Shown piece by piece: positions 17,161 to 27,155 of a DNA stretch of 49,419 bases. Numbering within the stretch: the stretch's first letter is position 1; the number at the start of each line of letters is the position of its first letter. The translations under genes and the position numbers were made by a program. The notes under the pieces are model-generated. The model was given only the letters and a program-made list of their open reading frames with translations, did not search any database and had not been told where the DNA came from. The stretch comes from Candidatus Lindowbacteria bacterium RIFCSPLOWO2_12_FULL_62_27 (GTDB lineage: Bacteria; Lindowbacteria; 2-12-FULL-62-27), in the NCBI GenBank assembly GCA_001784175.1, contig MFPR01000030.1, forward strand, positions 124,001 to 173,419. Reading direction: 5' to 3'.

Positions 17161-18159
17161 ATGAGCTGGACGTTCCGGCATCCGCATTTTTTGTGGCTCT
17201 TGGCGCTCGCTGCGGTCCCGCTCGTCCGCGAGTTCGTGTGGAAACCGGCGGCCGCCGCGCTCGGATTCTCCGCCACGGCCCGCGCCGCGCGGCGCGGGCC
17301 GACCGCTCGCGCGATGGGCCTCCGGTCCCTCGCTGTTTTCCGTTCGATCGCGATCGTCCTCGCGGTCGGCGCCCTTGCCCGGCCGCAGGCCGGCGACGAG
17401 CAGTCGAAGGTGTGCGTCGAGGGGATCGCCATCGAGCTGGTGGTCGACGTTTCCGGAAGCATGGCGCAGGAGGACATGGTCTACGAGGGCGCCCGGAGGT
17501 CGCGGCTCGAAACGGCCAAACACGTCATCGACGGGTTTGTCCGCGGCCGCGCCGACGACCTGATCGGCCTGACAACGTTCAGCGCCTATCCGAACGAAGT
17601 CTGTCCCCTGACGCTCGACTACGGCATGCTGTCGAAATTTTTTGAACACGTGCAGCCGGACAAATTTTTCGGATACACCGCCATCGGCGACGGGATCGTC
17701 CAGGGGGCGGCGCTTCTCAAGGAGTCGACCGCCCAGAGCAAGGTCATGGTGCTCCTCACCGACGGGCTGAACAATTTCGGCGCGACGCACCCCGTCGAGG
17801 CGGCCCGGATGGCCGCCCAGCTCGGGATCCGGATTTATGCGATCGGGATCGTGCCGGACCAGGCGGCGCAGTCGTCCGTCGATTTTTTCGGCCGCAAAAT
17901 TTTCATGCGCGGACAGGAAGTCGACGAGGAAACTCTTCGGCAGGTCGCAACGGAAGCTCGCGGGCGGTACTTCGCGGCCGCCGACGGGGGAAAACTTAAA
18001 AAAATATATGAGGAAATCAACAAGCTGGAAAAAACAGAGCACTTCACGGAAAAATATCTCCAGTACCGCGAGCTGTATCACGTTCCCCTCGCCGCTTCCC
18101 TCGGACTGGTTTTCACCGAGTCGATCCTCGGACTGACGCTTTTTCGGAAAAAACCCTGA
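17161..18159 (+). CDS. batA: BatA-like vWA domain membrane protein
   Basis: N-terminal F.HP.FLWLL BatA motif, ALARPQ, MIDAS DVSGS, TAIGDG, LLTDG, C-terminal TM. Start ATG 17161. Confidence 0.9.
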   Translation: MSWTFRHPHFLWLLALAAVPLVREFVWKPAAAALGFSATARAARRGPTARAMGLRSLAVFRSIAIVLAVGALARPQAGDEQSKVCVEGIAIELVVDVSGSMAQEDMVYEGARRSRLETAKHVIDGFVRGRADDLIGLTTFSAYPNEVCPLTLDYGMLSKFFEHVQPDKFFGYTAIGDGIVQGAALLKESTAQSKVMVLLTDGLNNFGATHPVEAARMAAQLGIRIYAIGIVPDQAAQSSVDFFGRKIFMRGQEVDEETLRQVATEARGRYFAAADGGKLKKIYEEINKLEKTEHFTEKYLQYRELYHVPLAASLGLVFTESILGLTLFRKKP

Positions 18160-19859
18160 TGGCCACCGAGTCCTCTTTCCTCATCGCCCACCCAGCCGCG
18201 CTGTGGCTCGTTTGGGCGCTGCCGGCCGTGGCTGCTGCGTTCTGGCTCACCTGGCGCTGGAACCGGCAGGCGCTGGCGCGGTATTTTTCGGCGGACCAGT
18301 TGTCGCGGCTGGCCGGGTCGGTCAGCCCGGCGCGGCGGCGGGCGAAACTCGCGCTGCTTCTCCTTGCTCTGCTGTTCTCGATCCTGGCCTTGGCCGAGCC
18401 GAAGTGGGGCGTGGAGGAACAGACGGTCCATACCTCCGGCCGCGACATCCTGGTCCTTCTGGACGTTTCGAAAAGCATGCTGGCGACGGACGTCGCGCCG
18501 TCGCGTCTTGAGCGGGTCAAACTCGACATTCAGGACATGGTCGGCGTCCTCAAGGGCGACCGGATCGGCCTGATCGTGTTCGCCGGCCATCCGGTGTTGA
18601 AATGTCCCCTCACGATCGATTACGCCTTTTTCCGCCGCGCGCTGGACCGGGCCGGCGTTCAGTCCGTGACGCGCGGCGGCACGTTGATCGGCGACGCCAT
18701 CCGGCTCGGCATCGACGCCTTCACCGATCAGATCCCTAACAACAAGACGATGCTGCTGATCAGCGACGGCGAGGATCAGGGAAGTTACCCGATCGAGGCC
18801 GCGCGGCAGGCGGCGGAACGCGGGATCCGCATTTTCACGGTGGGCGTCGGTGACCGCGACTTCGGCAGCCGCATCCGGGTCGACGGAGACTTCGTCCGGG
18901 ATGAAGGCAAAGAGGTCTGGACGAAACTCAATCCGGATGAACTCCGGAGAATCGCCCAGGAAACCGCCGGCGGATACATCCCCGCCGGGACGCGGTCTCT
19001 CGATCTGGACCGGATCTACCGGCAGAAAATATCGGCCGCGGGCGGGGGCGCGCTGGAGGAAACGAAGAAAACGTTTGTCGAGAGCCGGTATCAACTGTTT
19101 TTGTTCTTCGGCGTCCTGTTTCTCGCGGCGGAGTGCCTGATGTCCGACCGGGTGAGGACGCGGCGCATCGCGGCGATGCTTGTGTTCCTGTGCTTTTGCG
19201 CTCCTTCGTTCGGCGCCGGGCCGGACTTGCCGGACGTGTTCGATTTGTATAACGAAGGCCGCGCGCTCTACGAGAATGGCGCCTACGACTCCGCGGCCGA
19301 GTATTTTTCCAGGGCGTCGACAGGCCCTTCCGCGGATTTTGAATGTGACGCGTTTTATAATCTCGGAAACGCGAATGTCCAAAAAGCCGGCCGACAAAAA
19401 GACGCCGACCTGCCTGGCGCCATCCAGTCGCTCCGCCTGGCAGTCTCAGCCTACCGCGAATCCCTCGACCGGCGGCCCGGCAAAAAAGACGCGCAGCACA
19501 ATCTTGAGCTGGCCCGGCGGCTGTTGAAACAATTGGTCGAACTTCAGAGAAAGAAAGAACAGGAAGACAGGAAACGGCAGGATCAGAAAAAGGATCAGAC
19601 CGATACGCAGGCCGGCCAGAACGCGGGCGATACGTCCCAAGGGCAGCCCAACCCGCAGTCGTCGCCGAACCAGGGGCCGCAGGATCAGGGTAAATCCTTC
19701 AACCAAAAAGAGGCGGAGAGACAAATGAAGGATCGCCTCAAAGAGATGCAGGACCTCCGGCAGCAGCTCATGCAGGCCGCGCGGCAGAGGGGCGTCGACC
19801 CGGAAAAAAATCAGGAACAGGCCGTGGGCGTGGTCGGCGGCGCGGTCAAGGACTGGTAG
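18159..19859 (+). CDS. batB: BatB (vWA) fused to BatC-like TPR and Q/K-rich tail
   Basis: DVSKSMLATDVAPSRL, LISDGED, TPR (AFYNLGNA...DAQHNLELA), Q-rich linker, terminal KDW. Confidence 0.85.
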   Translation: MATESSFLIAHPAALWLVWALPAVAAAFWLTWRWNRQALARYFSADQLSRLAGSVSPARRRAKLALLLLALLFSILALAEPKWGVEEQTVHTSGRDILVLLDVSKSMLATDVAPSRLERVKLDIQDMVGVLKGDRIGLIVFAGHPVLKCPLTIDYAFFRRALDRAGVQSVTRGGTLIGDAIRLGIDAFTDQIPNNKTMLLISDGEDQGSYPIEAARQAAERGIRIFTVGVGDRDFGSRIRVDGDFVRDEGKEVWTKLNPDELRRIAQETAGGYIPAGTRSLDLDRIYRQKISAAGGGALEETKKTFVESRYQLFLFFGVLFLAAECLMSDRVRTRRIAAMLVFLCFCAPSFGAGPDLPDVFDLYNEGRALYENGAYDSAAEYFSRASTGPSADFECDAFYNLGNANVQKAGRQKDADLPGAIQSLRLAVSAYRESLDRRPGKKDAQHNLELARRLLKQLVELQRKKEQEDRKRQDQKKDQTDTQAGQNAGDTSQGQPNPQSSPNQGPQDQGKSFNQKEAERQMKDRLKEMQDLRQQLMQAARQRGVDPEKNQEQAVGVVGGAVKDW

Positions 19860-19860
19860 G

Positions 19861-21729
19861 ATGCTTAACCTTCTTGCGTGCGTTGGCCTCCTGATCGCGG
19901 CGGCGCTTGCGCGTCCGGCGTCGGCCGACATTGCGGCGTCGGCGTCCATCTCGGTTGGATCAATCTATCTGGGCGAATCGGCCCACTTTCAGATCACGGT
20001 CACCGGCGCCGCGACACAGCCGGCGGCGCAGTTTCCGGACGTGGACGGCCTGAACGTAACGTTTACGGGCGTCACCCATTCCACCAGCCAGAGCATCTCG
20101 ATCGTCGGCAATCAAATGACGCAGTCCTCCAGCACGACCTTCCACATGAATTACGTCCTTTCTCCCAAACGCGGCGGAACGTTTTCGATCCCGGAAATAG
20201 CTGTGACTGCCGATGGGCAAACGGCCCGCACGCAACCGGTGACGCTCACGGCGATCGAGCCTAATGCGGACGAACGCGCATGGATCGAGGTGGACGTTGC
20301 ACCGAACCCGGTCACGATCGGGGAGGAGTTCAAGGTCGTGTTCAAACTGTTTCTTCGAAAACTTGTGTACCAGAACCAGGCGCTGGAAAACGATCCCTAC
20401 CACCCGCGCAACCCGCCGGCGCTGGAAATTCCGTGGTTCGAGAGCCTGCCGAATACGGAAACGAAGGAGTTCCGGGCGTTCATCTCCGGGTATGTCGGCA
20501 GCCCGGGATTCACGATCAACCAGTACGCACGGGACGAATTTTTCTCGCGCCGGCTGATTACCTTCAAACTGCCGCGGCAAAGCGTGGTGAAAAACGGCAA
20601 GCCCTATTTTGTGTACAGCATCGAAAAAACATTCAAGGCGGTCAAAACGGGGCCGGTCGATGTCGGGGCCTGCACGCTGAAGGGATCGATCCTCGACCAG
20701 GTCGTCAGCCCCAACGAAGCGACGCAGCAAAGCGTCTACCAGGTATCGAAGCCCGTCGCCCTTCGGATCAGCGACCCGCCGGAGTCCAACCGGCCGGCCG
20801 AGTGGACCGGCGCGATCGGGAGGTACGACATCCGCGCGGCGGCGGACCCGACCCGGTTGAATCTCGGCGATCCGGTCACCCTCACCGTCACGCTTCGCGG
20901 CGACGGCCTCTGGTCGACGGTCGACGCGCCGGACCTCACGAGGCAGGAGGAGTTCCGCGCTTTCAAAATACACGACCGCGACGTCCCCGGAGAACAGACG
21001 GCCGAGGGCAAAATTTTCCGGCTGACGGTCCGGCCGGCCCAGCCGGACTTGAAGGCGATCCCGCCCGTCCGATACGCGTTTTATGATCCAGCGCGGAAGT
21101 CCTACATCGTGGTCAAAACGCAGGCGATCCCGATCGAGATCCGGGCCACCGAGACCGTCCGGCTGGATGAAGTCATCGAAGCGCGGCCCGACGCGCCGCC
21201 GGCCGAGATTCGGGAAGTGATCGAAGGATTGTACGCGAACCAGACCGATCCCGAAATCGTGCTGTCGACTCAGGACGCGGGATCGGGACTGGGCGCGGGC
21301 GCCGCGCTGTTGACGACGCCGGCGATCTTCCTGCTCGCCGCATCCGTCTCCGCCGCCCGGGCGCGCCGGGATCCCGCGCGGCGCCGGGCGGCCAAGGCCA
21401 TCGGGCGGCTCGAAAAGGCTCTCCGCGCGCTGGCGGACGCCGCGGCGCCCGAGCGGTTGCCTTCCGATTTCATGGACGCAGTCGCCGCCTATGTCAAGGA
21501 CCGCCTGACGCTCGCCGAGACGGCGCTCACGCCGGCCGATATCGATCACCACCTGGAGCGGCAAGGCGTGCCGCTGCCATTGAGACTGGAACTCCGGCAG
21601 ACGCTCGACCATTTCGAACGGGCCAAATTTTCAAGCATGGCGATTTCGGTCGACCGAAAGGAGATATGTGAGAGGATGATCGCCCTAGCACGCGAGATCG
21701 ATCAGCACTTGCGTAATCACAAAACATGA
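19861..21729 (+). CDS. batD: BatD-like protein
   Basis: Signal peptide, SQSISIVGNQMTQS, PKRGGTFSIP, WTGAIGRY, YAFYDP..KSY; position in bat operon. Confidence 0.85.
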   Translation: MLNLLACVGLLIAAALARPASADIAASASISVGSIYLGESAHFQITVTGAATQPAAQFPDVDGLNVTFTGVTHSTSQSISIVGNQMTQSSSTTFHMNYVLSPKRGGTFSIPEIAVTADGQTARTQPVTLTAIEPNADERAWIEVDVAPNPVTIGEEFKVVFKLFLRKLVYQNQALENDPYHPRNPPALEIPWFESLPNTETKEFRAFISGYVGSPGFTINQYARDEFFSRRLITFKLPRQSVVKNGKPYFVYSIEKTFKAVKTGPVDVGACTLKGSILDQVVSPNEATQQSVYQVSKPVALRISDPPESNRPAEWTGAIGRYDIRAAADPTRLNLGDPVTLTVTLRGDGLWSTVDAPDLTRQEEFRAFKIHDRDVPGEQTAEGKIFRLTVRPAQPDLKAIPPVRYAFYDPARKSYIVVKTQAIPIEIRATETVRLDEVIEARPDAPPAEIREVIEGLYANQTDPEIVLSTQDAGSGLGAGAALLTTPAIFLLAASVSAARARRDPARRRAAKAIGRLEKALRALADAAAPERLPSDFMDAVAAYVKDRLTLAETALTPADIDHHLERQGVPLPLRLELRQTLDHFERAKFSSMAISVDRKEICERMIALAREIDQHLRNHKT

Positions 21730-22541
21730 AGGCCGTTCTTTTCGCCGCATGGGCGCTGACCCTGTGGGCCATCGAGGCGGCGGCGCAAATTCCGCGTCTG
21801 GAGGCCGAGAAGATCCTGGCGGCGGCCGGCAGCGAGATGGAAAAAGCCGCCGGCGTGCGCCGCTACGAGGAGAGCGAGCGGCACCTGCGCGCAGCCATCG
21901 AAGAATACCGGAAACTGCTTCTCGGCGGATACCGCAGCGGCCCTCTGTATTACAACCTCGGCAATTGCCACCTCCGCACGCACGACGTCGGCGAGGCGGT
22001 CTACTGGCTCCGCATGGCCGAGCGCCGGATTCCCAACGACGGGCGGCTCCGGGCCAACCTTCGGTTCGCCCGCAGTCAGGTGCGGACCAAATTCCCGCCG
22101 CCGCCCTCCTACGAACTGCTTCGAACGCTCCTCTTTTTCCATTTCCTCATCCCGCTCGGCGCCCGCTGGTGGACGTTCATCGCGTTCTGGAATCTTTTCT
22201 GGATCGTTGTCTGTGTCCGAGTGATTCGCTCCAAGAGCCCGATGGGAAGATGGCCGATCGCCGCCGTATTTCTGATCGCCGCCGTTTTTGGCCTGTCCTC
22301 CGGCTGGGATCTGTACCGGGAGAAAATCATCCGCGAGGCCGTGATCGTCCGGGACGAGATCGTCCGAAAAGGCGCCGCGTCCACCTACGAGCCGGTCTAT
22401 GCCGACCCCGTCAGCCCGGGCGTGGAGGTCGAGGTTTTGCAGAAGCTGGAAAGATACGCCGAAGTCCGCTTCACCAGCGGCGCCACCGGCTGGGTCCCGC
22501 TCGCCTCCTTGCGAATTCTCGACCGCGAACCTCTGGGGTGA
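21726..22541 (+). CDS. batE: BatE-like TPR/SH3 membrane protein
   Basis: LYYNLGNC..GEAVYW..A..P.D..ANL TPR, 2 TM, C-terminal SH3-like GWVP. Confidence 0.85.
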   Translation: MKAVLFAAWALTLWAIEAAAQIPRLEAEKILAAAGSEMEKAAGVRRYEESERHLRAAIEEYRKLLLGGYRSGPLYYNLGNCHLRTHDVGEAVYWLRMAERRIPNDGRLRANLRFARSQVRTKFPPPPSYELLRTLLFFHFLIPLGARWWTFIAFWNLFWIVVCVRVIRSKSPMGRWPIAAVFLIAAVFGLSSGWDLYREKIIREAVIVRDEIVRKGAASTYEPVYADPVSPGVEVEVLQKLERYAEVRFTSGATGWVPLASLRILDREPLG

Positions 22542-22887
22542 ATTCTTAAGAGGAAGGCCTCTGGATTCCCGCGGGAATGACGACCAAAAAGGTACGCGGA
22601 TTCATACCGCTAAAGTCTTACCAGAACTCTACTGCTACGATTTGCCGGTTTTTTGTTCGGTTTTATGCCCCCGCCACGTTTACTATATTAGAGGCAATAT
22701 ACGGTTAAGGTGCCGCACATAGACTTATAGACTTATTCACAGCGCGATGGCGCGAAACAACGCGAACCGCATAACAACTCCCTGTGAAATTTTTCGCGCT
22801 CATTCGCGTTAAATTCGTAGTAAATGACTTCGTCTTTACTCATGCTGGGTCCCGCTCGCCTCCTTGCGGATTCTCGACCGCGAACCT
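22489..22887 (+). repeat. 44-bp direct repeat (3' end of batE) flanking a 311-bp non-coding insert
   Basis: 22489-22532 and 22844-22887 are identical except for one A/G. Confidence 0.9.
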
Positions 22888-22898
22888 AGTCTGGGTTC

Positions 22899-23384
22899 AT
22901 GAAACTGAAAGCAGGAACCAAGGCGCCGGATTTTTCGTTGCAGGACCAGTCAGGAAAGAGTCACAGTCTTTCAGGCTACAGGGGCAAATGGGTTCTCCTC
23001 TACTTCTATCCGCGCGACCATACGCCGGGCTGCACGCGGGAAGCCTGCGAGTTCCGGGATGCGTTTGCCCGGTTCAAGACGCGAAAGGCCATCGTGCTGG
23101 GCGTCAGCGCCGATTCGGTCAAAAGCCACGACAAATTCGCAGCCGAGTTCCGGCTGCCCTTTCCGATCCTGGCCGACGTCGAAAAGGATGTTCTGAAAGC
23201 CTATGGCACGTGGGCGAAGAAAAAATTCATGGGCCGTGAATACATGGGAATCCTCCGCATGTCGTTCCTGATTGATCCGAAGGGAAAAATCGCAAAGATA
23301 TACGGCAAGGTCAAACCGGACGTGCATGCGGAGGAAGTTCTGCAGGATCTGGACGAGGGTTTGTTGCTGAAAAGAGGGGTTTGA
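22899..23384 (+). CDS. bcp: Peroxiredoxin Bcp/PrxQ
   Basis: APDFSL.DQ.G, LYFYPRDHTPGCTREAC. Confidence 0.95.
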   Translation: MKLKAGTKAPDFSLQDQSGKSHSLSGYRGKWVLLYFYPRDHTPGCTREACEFRDAFARFKTRKAIVLGVSADSVKSHDKFAAEFRLPFPILADVEKDVLKAYGTWAKKKFMGREYMGILRMSFLIDPKGKIAKIYGKVKPDVHAEEVLQDLDEGLLLKRGV

Positions 23385-23404
23385 GAAGGCTCAATATTCA
23401 ACAC

Positions 23405-23875
23405 TCATTCACCCATCAGTCCCGCCGCCGCAAGTTTCTCCCTGATTCGGTCCGTGTGCGATCCCTCCCAGTACAGTTTTCCGCATGACGGACACTGCCG
23501 GAACTTGTCCAGCGTCCCCCGCACGTGCTCGGGCAACTCGTCAAACACCGCCGATTTTTCCACCGGTTCCAGCGTGCCGTTGCATGCCGTGCAGCGCGTG
23601 AAAAACAGGTCCGGCTGGAGCGTCAACTGTTTTTCCGCCGCAACCTGTTTCAATTGATCCATCACATCGTCATGGGCGATCAAAACGAAATCGGCCGGCT
23701 TGCCGTCCCGCACGAGTTTCACGTGCCGCGTCAGCAGCGTCCGCCCTGCCGACTGCCTCAGGATCTCGCGGTCGGAAATCGGATTCTTCCACAGCGTGTC
23801 ATATCCGACGGCCCTGAGCAGCCTCGCCAGCCGGGCCAGGTGGTCGTCGGCGACAAATTTCGGCCGGTCCGTCAT
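23405..23875 (-). CDS. Mut7-C RNase domain protein (DUF82)
   Basis: FVADDHLARLARLLRAVGYDT, FTRCTACNG, CPSCGKLYWEGSH. Confidence 0.9.
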   Translation of the reverse strand: MTDRPKFVADDHLARLARLLRAVGYDTLWKNPISDREILRQSAGRTLLTRHVKLVRDGKPADFVLIAHDDVMDQLKQVAAEKQLTLQPDLFFTRCTACNGTLEPVEKSAVFDELPEHVRGTLDKFRQCPSCGKLYWEGSHTDRIREKLAAAGLMGE

Positions 23876-23893
23876 GACTCTGTGACGGGCAAG

Positions 23894-24394
23894 TCAGGTC
23901 AACCGATCGATGACGTGCCGTAGCGCGGGGAACGTTCGAACCAGATCGGCACGGGAGGCCATTTCGAAATCCTGGAAATCGAATCCCGGAGAAACCGTGC
24001 AGCCTGCCAGCGCGAATCCGGTCGGGACCGCCAGAGACGCCCCCATCCAGCAGCCGGCGGGAACGACCGCCTGCGGTTGCTCTGAACCGTCCCCCGTGCG
24101 GCCGAGTTTGATCTCGGAATGGGCGCCGGCGGGGTCGATGAGATGGAGCGTCAGGGGATGGCCGTCGTAAAAGTGCCAGAGTTCGTCCGATTGGATTCGA
24201 TGAAATTTGGAGACTTGCCGGCCTTCGAGCAAAAAATAAATGGCCGTTGAAAAGACGCGATCCCCCGCAAACCGCGAGGGGAGACATCCGGCGCGGATTT
24301 TCTCCGACGAAGCGTAGGTTTCCCGATAAAATCCTCCTTCCGGATGCGGCGCCAGACCCAGCCGCTCGATCCAGAATTTCGCCTGCTCGTTCAT
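23894..24394 (-). CDS. Cupin_5 (DUF985) protein
   Basis: LGLAPHPEGGFYRET, TAIYFLL, FHRIQSDELWHFY, GCTVSPGFDFQDFE. Start ATG 24394. Confidence 0.9.
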   Translation of the reverse strand: MNEQAKFWIERLGLAPHPEGGFYRETYASSEKIRAGCLPSRFAGDRVFSTAIYFLLEGRQVSKFHRIQSDELWHFYDGHPLTLHLIDPAGAHSEIKLGRTGDGSEQPQAVVPAGCWMGASLAVPTGFALAGCTVSPGFDFQDFEMASRADLVRTFPALRHVIDRLT

Positions 24395-24414
24395 TATGGT
24401 ACGTTCCTTGTAAC

Positions 24415-25137
24415 ATGGCTGCGACATTAACGGCGAGGGTCATCTCCAGGGTCGTCAAGACGCCCGATGTGGTTCAAGTCGATTTCGAAATGGTCGACCC
24501 GGCCGAAATCCGCTACGAGTCCGGCCAGTTCATCATTCTTCACACCGTGGAGCAGAACGGAAAGACCGTCAAGCGCTCTTATTCCATCGCCTCCCCGCCC
24601 GATCCCCGGCGGTTTTCTCTCTGTGTGAAGATCGTGGGGCCGGCGTCCCGGTTTATCGCAAACCTCAACCTCCAGGATCAGGTCAAGTTCTCCGGGCCGT
24701 GGGGCATGGGCAAGTTCACGTTCCCGGAGATGACCGAAAACGAGATCGTTCTCCTGGCTTCCGGCACCGGTCTTTCTCCCGTCATGAGCATTCTGCAAAG
24801 CAAACTGCCCCTTCATCCGGAAAAAAAATTCCGGTTCCTCTGGGGTCTCAAACGGGAGGGGGACATCTATAATCGCCCGGAGCTGGACGGGCTGGCCGCA
24901 CGCCACCCCTGTTTTTCATATCAAATCGTTCTCTCCGACGCGCCGCCCGAATGGAGGGGCAAACGGGGGATGTTGAGCGAGGTTCTGCCCTCCGAGATTG
25001 ACTCCCCGGCCGGGAAGGAATTCTTCATGGCAGGGAACGGGGCCATGATCGCCGCCGTGGAGACGTATCTGAGAGCGCACGGCGCCCTGCCGGAAAAAAT
25101 CCACAAGGAAATATTTTTCTGCCCTCCCCCGGACTGA
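24415..25137 (+). CDS. FAD/NAD(P)-binding oxidoreductase (ferredoxin reductase-like)
   Basis: GQF, RSYSIAS, GPWG, ASGTGLSP, MAGNGAM. Start ATG 24415. Confidence 0.9.
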   Translation: MAATLTARVISRVVKTPDVVQVDFEMVDPAEIRYESGQFIILHTVEQNGKTVKRSYSIASPPDPRRFSLCVKIVGPASRFIANLNLQDQVKFSGPWGMGKFTFPEMTENEIVLLASGTGLSPVMSILQSKLPLHPEKKFRFLWGLKREGDIYNRPELDGLAARHPCFSYQIVLSDAPPEWRGKRGMLSEVLPSEIDSPAGKEFFMAGNGAMIAAVETYLRAHGALPEKIHKEIFFCPPPD

Positions 25138-25194
25138 GAATGCTCCGCATGGCCTCGCTTGATCGACAGCCTGCGATGTGACATAAGGAGGATC

Positions 25195-26166
25195 ATGAAC
25201 TATCGAAAGTTCGGCGACACGGGTGCGCAGGTTTCCGAAATCGGGTTCGGCTGCTGGGGCATCGGCGGCGGCTGGTGGGGGAAACGAAACGATGGCGAAT
25301 CCCGCGCGGCGCTGGATACCGCCGTCGATCTCGGGTACAATTTTTTCGACACGGCCCTGGTCTACGGCGAAAACGACAACCACAGCGAAAAACTCGTCGG
25401 CGAGATGGTCCGCCGTCACCGCGGCAAGGAGTTGCTGATCGCCACCAAAATCCCGCCCAAAAACTTCGTGTGGCCTGCGCGGCGCGATGTGCCGCTCGAC
25501 GAGGCGTTCCCGCCCGCTTATATCCGCGAATGCACGGAACTGTCCCTCCGGAACATGGGCATCGACTGCCTGTTTCTCCAGCAGTTCCACGTCTTCGCCG
25601 AATGCTGGGTCGAGCAGGACGCGTGGGTCGAGGAATTCGAAAAACTTCGCAAGGAAGGAAAGATCCGGCACTGGGGCGTGTCGATCAACAATCACGAGCC
25701 GGCTTCCGTCCTCGAGCTCACGCGCCGCAAGATGGTCCATAGCCTGCAGGTGATTTACAATATCTTCGATCAGAGCCCTGAAGACGATCTGCTCCCGCTC
25801 TGCCTGAAACACGGCGTGGCCTTCATCGTGCGTGTCCCGTTCGACGAGGGCGGACTGACGGGAACGCTGACGCCGGACACGGAATTCGCCGAGGGCGAGT
25901 TTCGCGCTCGGTACTTTCGCGAAGGACGGCTCAAGGAAACCGTGGACCGCGCGGAAAAAATCCAGAACGACCTTCCGGCCGGCACGGCCGTCTGGCAGGC
26001 AGCGCTTCAGTACGTCCTCGCCGATCCCGCCGTCTCGACCGTCATCCCGGGCATGCGACGCGTCGAGAATGTCCGTAAGAATGCATCGGTCAGCGGCCGC
26101 CTTCTGCCGCCGGACACCATCCGAAACCTGAAAAAACACCGCTGGGTGAGAGACTTCTACCTGTAA
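25195..26166 (+). CDS. Aldo/keto reductase
   Basis: VSEIGFGCW, FFDTALVYG, IATK, GKIRHWGVS, VIPG; RBS TAAGGAGG before ATG 25195. Confidence 0.95.
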   Translation: MNYRKFGDTGAQVSEIGFGCWGIGGGWWGKRNDGESRAALDTAVDLGYNFFDTALVYGENDNHSEKLVGEMVRRHRGKELLIATKIPPKNFVWPARRDVPLDEAFPPAYIRECTELSLRNMGIDCLFLQQFHVFAECWVEQDAWVEEFEKLRKEGKIRHWGVSINNHEPASVLELTRRKMVHSLQVIYNIFDQSPEDDLLPLCLKHGVAFIVRVPFDEGGLTGTLTPDTEFAEGEFRARYFREGRLKETVDRAEKIQNDLPAGTAVWQAALQYVLADPAVSTVIPGMRRVENVRKNASVSGRLLPPDTIRNLKKHRWVRDFYL

Positions 26167-26174
26167 GTTCGTAT

Positions 26175-27155
26175 ATGCTGAAGATCAAATCGCTCTGTCT
26201 TCCGTCCGCGGTCATACAGTCGCCGATGTCCGGGTGGACCGACCTGCCGTTCCGGCGGGTGGCCAGGGAAAAAGGCCTGTCGTTCGCGTTCGTGGAGATG
26301 ATCCTGGCCGACGCGGTGGTCGCCGGATCCGAACGGACGCTGGAGATGATGAGGTCATCGCCGGCGGACAGGCCGCTGGGGGTGCAGATGGTCGGATACA
26401 CGCCCGAATCGTTGAGCCGGGCGGCGGGCATGATGGAGGCGGCGGGATTCGATTTGATCGACCTGAATTTGGGGTGTCCGGTTAAAAAAGTGACGTGCAA
26501 GGGCGGCGGGTCCGCGATACTCAAGGAACCGGACAAGGCGCGCGCGATTTTCTCCGGCATGGTTTCCTCCGTTAATAAGGTTCCGATCACGGTCAAAATG
26601 CGGCTGGGATACGACGACCCAAGCGGGCAGGAGGCGCTTCGGATCGCAGGGATCGCCGAGGAGTGCGGCATATCGGCGCTGACGGTTCACGGAAGAACCC
26701 GCCGGCAGGGGTACAGCGGCATGGCGGATTACGAAGCCATCGGCCGGATCAAGAAGGCGGTCCGCATTCCGGTGATCGGCAACGGCGATGTGACCGATGG
26801 GCGGAGCGCCCAACGGCTGATGGAGGTGAGCGGCTGTGACGGAATCATGATCGGCCGCGGCGGGGTCGGGTATCCCTGGATATACCGGGAAGCCGCCGCC
26901 GTGCTGGAAGGCCGTCCCGCGCCGGCCGCGCCGGGCTTTCAGGAAATAAAATCAACGCTTCTTCGACATCTGGAGCTTCAGCTTTTTCACACACCGGTCC
27001 AGGCCCATTTTCTGATGCGCCGAATCGCGTGCAGCTATTTCAAGCGGATGGCGGGCGCGGGCGAATTCAGAGACCGGATCAACGATGCCGGGAGCATTGA
27101 AGAGATTCGCGACATCATCGAGCTGTTTGAGCCGGCGGTCTGCCGGACGCCATGA
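26175..27155 (+). CDS. dusB: tRNA-dihydrouridine synthase B
   Basis: SPMSGWTD, IDLNLGCP, TVHGRT, IGNGDV, MIGRG. Confidence 0.9.
   Translation: MLKIKSLCLPSAVIQSPMSGWTDLPFRRVAREKGLSFAFVEMILADAVVAGSERTLEMMRSSPADRPLGVQMVGYTPESLSRAAGMMEAAGFDLIDLNLGCPVKKVTCKGGGSAILKEPDKARAIFSGMVSSVNKVPITVKMRLGYDDPSGQEALRIAGIAEECGISALTVHGRTRRQGYSGMADYEAIGRIKKAVRIPVIGNGDVTDGRSAQRLMEVSGCDGIMIGRGGVGYPWIYREAAAVLEGRPAPAAPGFQEIKSTLLRHLELQLFHTPVQAHFLMRRIACSYFKRMAGAGEFRDRINDAGSIEEIRDIIELFEPAVCRTP

Noticed and set aside
17107-21612. Long minus-strand ORFs over the bat operon
   Set aside because: Antisense to well-supported genes, with no motifs.
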